Positions 7,485 to 13,872 of a DNA stretch of 13,872 nucleotides are shown piece after piece (the first letter of the stretch is position 1; each line of letters opens with the position of its first letter). Source of the stretch: an uncultured bacterium. GTDB lineage: Bacteria > Hydrogenedentota > Hydrogenedentia > Hydrogenedentales > JAEUWI01. The stretch lies in assembly GCA_963977445.1 (NCBI GenBank), contig CAXBPH010000190.1, positions 1 to 13,872 of the forward strand, written 5' to 3'. The notes beneath the pieces are model-generated. The model did no database searches and was not told the origin of the DNA. It saw only the letters and a program-made list of their open reading frames with translations. The position numbers and the translations under genes were made by a program.

Positions 7485-7597
7485 TTTACCGTGGCGCGGA
7501 CGAACCCATACCGGACACTACCGTGTAGAATCCTTTTTTATGCGTCCGGGTTTCCCCCTGGGGCTAAAATCGATGGTCCCCCACCCAAATTCACAAT

Positions 7598-7626
7598 TCT
7601 ACATTCTTACGTATCCGTGGTATCAT
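7598..7626 (+). promoter_or_regulatory. Putative extended -10 promoter (TCTACA-N17-TATCAT, TGn-extended) for the DUF58 gene
   Basis: TGGTATCAT at 7618-7626 ends 5 nt before ATG 7632. There is no Shine-Dalgarno sequence. Confidence 0.5.
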
Positions 7627-7631
7627 GGCGC

Positions 7632-8918
7632 ATGAACAATCTCATCTGGTTCATAGCGGGTGGTATCGCCCTGGCAGCGGCTTTTCTGTTACAAAGCCCC
7701 TATATGGCCTTTGCGGTCTATACCTTCCTGCTACTCGTGGGGCTGGCCCACTTTTCGTCGCTGGCCTGGCTCTCGGGGTTGGACTGCACCCGCACCATCT
7801 CCACCGACACCATCCTCCAGGGCGAGGAAGTGACCGTCAAGGTGGTGGTGGAGAATAAACGGGGCTGGCCCATCCCGTGGATATTCATCGAAGACTACCA
7901 CCCCAAGGACTTTCCCCGGGTCGGACAGAATAAGATGTTGGCCTTCATCATGCCGGGCCACTCGGTGACCCTGGAGTACCGACTGCGCTGTCCCCGTCGG
8001 GGCTACCACCGCATCGGGCCCCTGCTCATGGAATCGGGCGACCTCTTTGGTCTCCAGCGCCGTTTCCGCACCGGCGTCACGCAGGACTACGTGTCTGTGC
8101 TGCCCACCGTCGCCTACATCGACACCTTTAACGTGGCCACGAAGCGCCCACACGGTCCCGTGCGCCTTTCCAACCGCATCTACACCGACCCCACCCGCAT
8201 CAACAGCATCCGCGAATATGTGCCCGGTGATCCGCTGAACTCAATTCATTGGAAAGCAACGGCCCGGACGGGTACGCTCCATGTGAAAACCTATGAGCCT
8301 TCGAGCGTCATCGGCGGCACCCTCATTCTCGATCTCCATGAGAACAGCTACAAGCCGGATCGCAAAGAGGAACGAATCGAGTTGGCCATCACCACCACCG
8401 CCTCCATCGCCTATCTCCTCCAGATGTCGGGCGAACAAGTCGGCATGATTACCAATGCCCGGGACGCCGCCGAGGTGGCCGAATATGATGTTGCCCGTCG
8501 GGAGACCCTGAGCCGCCAGGAAGTCGATGCGGAAGTCGATGGGGTGCTGGTCTCCACCACCATCAGTCCCCTTTGCGTAGAAACGGCCCGCAGTCCTTTT
8601 CAGATACAGCGCATCACCCAGAATCTGGCCCGCGTGTTGCCCACCGATGGACTGGATGGGCTGGGACTCGTCCTCAGCCAATATCACATGCTGCCCCGCG
8701 ACGCCACCCTCATGCTCGTAGCTCCCATTATTACCGAGCGCATGGCCCACGCCCTGGGCGCCATTAAACTCTCCGGATTCAACATTACGGTATTTTTAAT
8801 CCAGGACCAACGCGCTTTCGAGGAAGCGGCCCTTTTCCTGGCGCCCCATTACATTCACGTCTTTCACATCGAACACGAGCGCAGTTTACATGAGATTTCC
8901 CCCGCTAGAATCGGGTAG
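7632..8918 (+). CDS. DUF58 domain protein (MoxR-associated, VWA-like) with an N-terminal TM hairpin
   Basis: Start moved from the track's 7344 to ATG 7632; 428 aa. Two N-terminal TMs, then RRGYHRIGPL, GDLFGL, the DUF58 signature IREYVPGDPLNSIHWKATAR, LILD and ELAITTTASIA. Confidence 0.92.
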   Translation: MNNLIWFIAGGIALAAAFLLQSPYMAFAVYTFLLLVGLAHFSSLAWLSGLDCTRTISTDTILQGEEVTVKVVVENKRGWPIPWIFIEDYHPKDFPRVGQNKMLAFIMPGHSVTLEYRLRCPRRGYHRIGPLLMESGDLFGLQRRFRTGVTQDYVSVLPTVAYIDTFNVATKRPHGPVRLSNRIYTDPTRINSIREYVPGDPLNSIHWKATARTGTLHVKTYEPSSVIGGTLILDLHENSYKPDRKEERIELAITTTASIAYLLQMSGEQVGMITNARDAAEVAEYDVARRETLSRQEVDAEVDGVLVSTTISPLCVETARSPFQIQRITQNLARVLPTDGLDGLGLVLSQYHMLPRDATLMLVAPIITERMAHALGAIKLSGFNITVFLIQDQRAFEEAALFLAPHYIHVFHIEHERSLHEISPARIG

Positions 8919-10692
8919 GCGACGACCGGCCCTGGCCAGCACGGATTTTCATTCCCTGCTGAATTCGCCTGCCCCCGACGTTCTTGACCCCGATGAAGAT
9001 ATTCGGGCGGACGGTACCGACTACCGCTCGCTGGTCCATCGTGATCGGGTGCCCGCCGAACGGGTGCCGCCCAAGACCCTGGCCGATGCCCTGATTGATA
9101 TTTTTACCCCCCTGCTCATTTTTGTGATGGTCTATACCGTCATATTTTTTCTGTTGGATGTGCGCTACATCTACACCGCCGTCAACGACGGACCACTCCG
9201 TTTCGTGGCGCTCTTTTTTGTGGTGGGGGTAGTGGCCTGCAACCGTATTTTCGCCCGGGACAGCTCTCCCGACTCCCTGCTGCTGCCCATCGTCTTTGCC
9301 GGGGCCGTCGGTCTGTATACCCTTTCGTCGTCGACTTTTTATGACAACAGTGGCTCCTTTGCCCGTAATTTCATGAATGACGCGCCCCTCCTCGCCACAG
9401 GATTTAACATGGCCGTAATCGCCCTCATCTGGTGGGTGGTCAATCGCCTGACCCACGAGTGCTGTGTGGATGAAAACAAGACGGCCGGAGACGAAGGCAT
9501 TCTCACGGGAACGGCGCGCAAATTCCAGATGGCGATGCGCCCCAACAAGGCCACTACGGCCATTGACCATCTCTATGAGAATGATTCCCACGCAGCCTTC
9601 GCGTCGGCACAGGGCAAGGAAATGATGCCCATGAACGTGCTGGAGGCCTTCGACCCCACCGAAGGCTACAAGCCGAAGAAGAAACCCGTCCCCAAGTACA
9701 ATATCGACCGATCCCAGCGACTGTCCAAACGACACCCCGGCATTTCCATCCTCTACTTTTCCATACCCGTGATGGCCCTCTTTACCCTGGGCATTCGGGT
9801 CGTCCAACAGGGCGGCGAAAGCTGGGTGGCCGCCGGTCACTTTTACGCCGGCATCTATACGGTCGCGACCCTCATGCTCCTGCTGCTCACCAGTCTTGGC
9901 GGGCTGCGCCAGTATTTTCGCGCCCGCATGATTTCCATGCCGGCCTTCATGGGCTATTTCTGGTTGGGCCTCGGCATAATCATGATTGCCATGGTTATGC
10001 TGGCCGCGACCCAAATCGTGAAGCCCGACCTGCCGCCCATGGCTATCGTGGAGGAACATGAGGCGGATGCATGGGTTCGGGGCAGCACGTTCCAATTGGC
10101 TTCGACGGCAGCACGGCCCATGGAACTTCTGGAGCAGTCCCTGTTCATGGAGCGCCTGGGCCAGGTGGTCCTGGGGATTTTTGCCCTCTTCGCCCTCTAT
10201 GGGCTGCTCAAACTGGCCGCGACCGGTGCCGCCTGGATGGCCCGACAACGCCATCGTTTTCCCGGTTTCGTGGTCCGCTTTTTCGACAGACTGGAGCGCT
10301 TCCTCTCCCTCATCACCAACGTGCCCAGCCTGCCTCACTTCCGATGGTCCTCTCGGATTGACCGGAGCATTGCCACGTGCACGCCCTATTCGAACTCGCT
10401 CGGTGAGACGGACTCCGGCAAGACCCTGCCCGACCACGTCACCTATGCCTACGACGCCCTCTGTGCCCTGGCCTACGACATTGGCGTTCCTCGGGAGACG
10501 GGGCAAACGCCCTTCGAATTCATTGACGCCTTCCCCCGGCCCCTTCGCCATTTGAAGAAACAGGCCCGGGAATTGACCCAACTCTATGTGCAGGCCGCCT
10601 ACTCGGGGACGCCGCTGGATCCGGCAGCCGAAAATAGGGTACGCCATTTCTGGATAGCCTATGAACGTGCACGCCGACGGGTTCTACGTTAA
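8890..10692 (+). CDS. Polytopic membrane protein with C-terminal DUF4129 domain; exact start uncertain
   Basis: Up to 600 aa with about eight hydrophobic segments. The C-terminus AYDALCALAYDIGVPRETGQTPFEF...ARELTQLYVQAAYS matches the DUF4129 pattern. It overlaps or abuts the DUF58 gene, its usual partner. Confidence 0.85.
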   Translation: MRFPPLESGRRRPALASTDFHSLLNSPAPDVLDPDEDIRADGTDYRSLVHRDRVPAERVPPKTLADALIDIFTPLLIFVMVYTVIFFLLDVRYIYTAVNDGPLRFVALFFVVGVVACNRIFARDSSPDSLLLPIVFAGAVGLYTLSSSTFYDNSGSFARNFMNDAPLLATGFNMAVIALIWWVVNRLTHECCVDENKTAGDEGILTGTARKFQMAMRPNKATTAIDHLYENDSHAAFASAQGKEMMPMNVLEAFDPTEGYKPKKKPVPKYNIDRSQRLSKRHPGISILYFSIPVMALFTLGIRVVQQGGESWVAAGHFYAGIYTVATLMLLLLTSLGGLRQYFRARMISMPAFMGYFWLGLGIIMIAMVMLAATQIVKPDLPPMAIVEEHEADAWVRGSTFQLASTAARPMELLEQSLFMERLGQVVLGIFALFALYGLLKLAATGAAWMARQRHRFPGFVVRFFDRLERFLSLITNVPSLPHFRWSSRIDRSIATCTPYSNSLGETDSGKTLPDHVTYAYDALCALAYDIGVPRETGQTPFEFIDAFPRPLRHLKKQARELTQLYVQAAYSGTPLDPAAENRVRHFWIAYERARRRVLR

Positions 10693-10711
10693 CCGGTGGC
10701 CGCTTATAGAG

Positions 10712-10741
10712 TTGAGTCTTACGATCCAATTTATCTACTAT
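10712..10741 (+). promoter_or_regulatory. Putative sigma70 promoter TTGAGT-N18-TACTAT for the aldo/keto reductase
   Basis: AT-rich intergenic stretch with 4/6 matches at both hexamers, followed by a strong RBS AGGAGG 5 nt before ATG 10776. Confidence 0.4.
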
Positions 10742-10775
10742 GCAGTGACAGACTCAGTATTAGAAGGAGGAACGA

Positions 10776-11813
10776 ATGGAATTTCGTACTCTAGGAAATT
10801 CCGGTCTCAAGGTATCGGTACTTTCTTTCGGGGCGTGGCAGTTGGGGGATCCAGCCTATTGGGGGCCCCATGCACAAGGTCAGGCCGGGGAAACCGTACG
10901 CGTTGCCCTCGACCATGGCATCAATTTCTTTGACACCGCCGAAACCTACGGTGACGGCGAATCCGAACGGGTACTCGGCAAGGCGCTGGGGGCCGATCGG
11001 AAACGTGTCCATGTCGCCACCAAAGTCCTGCCACAGAACTGTACCGCGGACCGGTTACGTGCTTCCTGCGAAGCCAGCCTCAAACGACTTGGCACCGACT
11101 ATATCGACCTCTACCAGATCCACTGGCCCTTTCGGCAGCGGCCCGTCCTGGACACCCAGGGCAAACCCCTTGCCGTGGAGCCCAATGCCATGGAGGCCTG
11201 CGAAGTATTACGCACGCTCCAGGGCGAGGGCAAGATTCGCAACATTGGCGTGTCGAATTTTGGCCGAAAAGACATGGAGGACTGGTTCTTCCAGGGCACG
11301 GCGGAGTCCAATCAAATCGGCTACAACATTGTGAGCCGCGCGGCGGAGTTTGATGTGATCCCCGCCTGCAAGACCAATCAACTGGGCGTCCTGGCCTATA
11401 TGCCGCTCCTCCAGGGCCTGCTGGCCGTCAACTGGAAAACGGTGGATGACATCCCTCCCATGCGGCGGCGAACCCGACATTTTACCGGAGATCGGGACGG
11501 GGTGCGCCATGGCGGTGCGGGCTACGAAGGACTGTTCCTCGAAACCATCGCTTCACTACGGGAATTTTCGAAGGCCATCGGGGTGCCCATGGCAACCATG
11601 TGCCTGAGTTGGCTTCTGGCCCAGCCCAATGTGACCAGCGCGATCATCGGCGCACGGCGGCCAGATCAGCTGCTGCGAAATATCAGTGGGGCTACCTTGA
11701 ACCTGGGTCCCGCAGGCATTGCGGAGCTGAATGAGATCTCGGGCCCCTTGAAGCTGGCTATGGGGCGCAATGCCGATTTATGGCAGGGTGAAGAAACGGG
11801 CCGTATCGCCTGA
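10776..11813 (+). CDS. Aldo/keto reductase (NAD(P)H-dependent oxidoreductase)
   Basis: 345 aa. Motifs: LGNSGLKVSVLSFGAW, GINFFDTAETYG (catalytic Asp/Tyr), VATK (Lys), SLKRLGTDYIDLYQIHWP (His), GKIRNIGVSNF, AYMPLLQGLL, IIGAR. RBS AGGAGG. Confidence 0.97.
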   Translation: MEFRTLGNSGLKVSVLSFGAWQLGDPAYWGPHAQGQAGETVRVALDHGINFFDTAETYGDGESERVLGKALGADRKRVHVATKVLPQNCTADRLRASCEASLKRLGTDYIDLYQIHWPFRQRPVLDTQGKPLAVEPNAMEACEVLRTLQGEGKIRNIGVSNFGRKDMEDWFFQGTAESNQIGYNIVSRAAEFDVIPACKTNQLGVLAYMPLLQGLLAVNWKTVDDIPPMRRRTRHFTGDRDGVRHGGAGYEGLFLETIASLREFSKAIGVPMATMCLSWLLAQPNVTSAIIGARRPDQLLRNISGATLNLGPAGIAELNEISGPLKLAMGRNADLWQGEETGRIA

Positions 11814-11836
11814 TTTCCGGAAAACTCCGTAAATCA
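11811..11836. terminator. Hairpin spanning both convergent stop codons; possible bidirectional terminator
   Basis: TGATTTcCGGA-aaac-TCCGtAAATCA gives 10 of 11 pairs. There is no U tract. Confidence 0.3.
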
Positions 11837-12121
11837 GATCGAACCCTCGCGGACGACGTGTTTATCTTCGGCGCTGGCAAGACGGGTTTCCCGGTGCTTC
11901 ACCGTCGCCACGAAGACGTAGTAGAGGTAGGCGACCGGACCGGCGATAAGGAAGGTGGCAAACACCAGGCCCACGAGGACGGGGAAGAAAACCAAGCCAA
12001 TCAGGGTCAGCAACAGGACGAGCAACACGCCAAGACCAGCCACCAGAATCCATTTCATATGGCGCAACTGGGTGTTGATCTCATCGAGAATTCGCTCGGT
12101 ATTGTCCTGATGTTGGCTCAT
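11834..12121 (-). CDS. Small hypothetical membrane protein (two TM helices)
   Basis: ATG 12121 has AAGGAG 5 nt upstream; 95 aa. An amphipathic N-terminus (ERILDEINTQLRHMK) precedes a ~45-residue hydrophobic hairpin. Confidence 0.75.
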   Translation of the reverse strand: MSQHQDNTERILDEINTQLRHMKWILVAGLGVLLVLLLTLIGLVFFPVLVGLVFATFLIAGPVAYLYYVFVATVKHRETRLASAEDKHVVREGSI

Positions 12122-12367
12122 AGAGTCTCCTTGAAACACCTTCTTGTATCAATCCTATCGTTAGACCGGGCTAAAAGGCAAATTCCCTGTAATAAAAGTC
12201 GGGTGGCACCCAACTACAGCACCACAGGGTCGCGCTCTTCCCGCTGGATGTAGTATTCTACGCCTTCCCACGCGCCAGAAGGGCGCGGCGATCTCAAAAA
12301 TCGAGATTGTGAGCTGTTCATGAACCTTCCAGAGCCTCTCCGGCAATAAACAGTCCAAGGATTTACG

Positions 12368-13872
12368 GTGGTGTCAGACAACCGAAAAATTATGTGTATC
12401 GGCCTCGATGGGGCAACGTGGAATATACTCCGTCCCCGCATGGCCGCCGGCCAGATGCCCAACCTGAAACGCCTCTGTGAACAGGGTGCCGTGGGTGAAA
12501 TCGATTCTATCTTCCCCCCCGAGACCCCGGCCGCCTGGCCCTCCTTCATGACGGGTAAAAACCCCGGCAAGCACGGTGTCTTCGATTTCCTCGTCTATGA
12601 CCCGGAAAAGAAACGGGAACGTCCCGTGAATTCCACCGCCCGCGACGGGAAGACGATCTGGGACTATCTTACCGAAGCCGGGAAGACTTCCCTGGTGCTG
12701 AACGTGCCCACGACCTATCCGGTCAAACCAATCCAGGGCAGTCTCATCAGTGGCTTCCTCACCCCCCAAGGTGTACGCGATTGGGCCTACCCGCCGGAAC
12801 TGGTCACCGAATTGGAAGAGGAATATGGGCGATACCCCCATTTCTTCGAAACCATGTCTTTTGTCTGCGCCCATTCCGAAAAAAATGCGACCCTCTTCCT
12901 TGATGAACTGGAATTCATGGATCGCACGAAGTTTGAAGTCTGCGAGAAGCTTTTCGACCGCAATCAGCCCGACTTTACCATGCTGCACATCTGGGGCACG
13001 GACCGCCTCCAGCATGAACTCTGGCATTGGTTTGACGAAACCCACCCGAAATACGATCCGGCCATGGCGAAGAAATTCGGCCCACGAATTGACGCCTACT
13101 ACACCATGTGTGACGAATACGTCGGTCGCCTTGCCGAAAAAGTCGGTAAAGACGGGCTTACCTTCGTTATTTCCGACCATGGCTTTGGCCCCACCCATTA
13201 TTTCATCGATCTGAACAGCTGGCTCCTCCGTGAAGGGTTTATCGTCCTGAAAGATACTCCCAAGGTGCGGCTGAAGAAACTCCTGTGGGATTTGGGCGTC
13301 ACCCCGCAAAACGCCACCCGTCTGGCCTATCCGCTCTTGAAATTTGCCATGAAATTGAAGGCCGAGGCCCCGGAATCCACGCTACAGAAATCCTCCGGGT
13401 CCTTGCGACTCCCTGGCATGCTGAACCTCAATAAAGACGTGGACTGGGAAAAGACCCGGGCCTATGCCCCCTTTGGCTGGAGCGGTATCTTTATCAATAC
13501 GGAAGGCATTCGACCCAACGGCTCGGTGCCAGAATCTGAATATGATACGGTTCGCGTCTACAGGAATTGAAGAACCCCGACACGGGGGAACATATCGCCC
13601 ATCCAATCCATCTTAAGAAAGATATGTACCACGGCCCCTATACCCCCTGGGGTCCGGACATCATGCCCCTTCCCCTGGACAAACAGCACATGCCCGTTTG
13701 TTTCTTCGGATTCCAGTCGCGAGAGCCTGTCTACAAAAACAATACCCTTTTTGGCAATCACCTCATGGAAGGTATTGTCATGGCCCACGGAAATGGTGCG
13801 CGCGTCGGTGGGGAAACCCATGGACGGCTCATCGACATGGCGCCGACCATCTTGCATCTCCTCGGACTCCCC
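12368..13872 (+). CDS. Alkaline-phosphatase-superfamily protein (type I phosphodiesterase/nucleotide pyrophosphatase); frameshifted near 13555 and truncated by the window edge
   Basis: Motifs: IGLDGATW, PPETPAAWPSFMTGKNPGKHG (Thr nucleophile), DRLQHELW, ISDHGFG. The first frame stops at 13570. The -1 frame from 13558 continues LQELKNPDTGE...GPDI...GNHLMEGI...IDMAPTILHLLGLP, the expected C-terminus, open to 13872. Confidence 0.9.

Noticed and set aside
7344..7631. 96-aa N-terminal extension of the DUF58 ORF in the track
   Set aside because: It overlaps the divergent gene and promoter region. The protein-like sequence begins at ATG 7632.
8932..8934. Possible CTG start (L-ASTDFHSLL) for the DUF4129 gene
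   Set aside because: No convincing SD. It cannot be chosen over ATG 8890 without a homolog alignment.
8905..10647. 580-aa antisense ORF
   Set aside because: It lies wholly opposite the DUF4129 gene and has no motifs; a typical GC-rich shadow frame.
10713..10756. TGAGTCT...AGACTCA inverted repeat upstream of the aldo/keto reductase
   Set aside because: Only 7 bp with a 30-nt gap, compatible with chance.
13550..13570. Programmed -1 frameshift or TGA readthrough
   Set aside because: No slippery sequence, residues appear to be missing, and the continuation is in another frame, so readthrough would not restore it.
12374..13857. Antisense ORFs 12374..13309, 13382..13606 and 13558..13857
   Set aside because: They are shadows of the phosphodiesterase and its frameshifted continuation.

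Overview
Bacterial chromosomal window with ten protein genes and no rRNA, tRNA, CRISPR array or mobile element that I can recognise. Left, minus strand: a three-gene envelope O-acylation cassette (SGNH hydrolase, AlgI/PatA-type MBOAT, second atypical SGNH protein). It is followed by a secreted seven-bladed beta-propeller protein with a (Gly-Glu)n linker, which runs off the window and is missing from the ORF track. That linker style suggests Candidatus Hydrogenedentes (from recall, not verified). Centre: a divergent locus. One arm is a translationally coupled pair: a single-TM helical protein, then a polytopic membrane protein with an apparent winged helix between two DUF1232-like YxxxP[WY]DL motifs. 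The other arm is DUF58 plus a DUF4129 membrane protein, with no adjacent MoxR ATPase and no transglutaminase domain. An 11-bp motif (AAATTCACAAT) lies upstream of both arms. Right: an aldo/keto reductase, a small membrane protein and an alkaline-phosphatase-superfamily phosphodiesterase with a frameshift near 13555. Reading-frame breaks occur near both window ends and may be assembly errors. The best candidate for an undescribed system is the TM-wHTH-DUF1232 pair with its divergent control region. All family calls come from motifs read by eye, with no database search.
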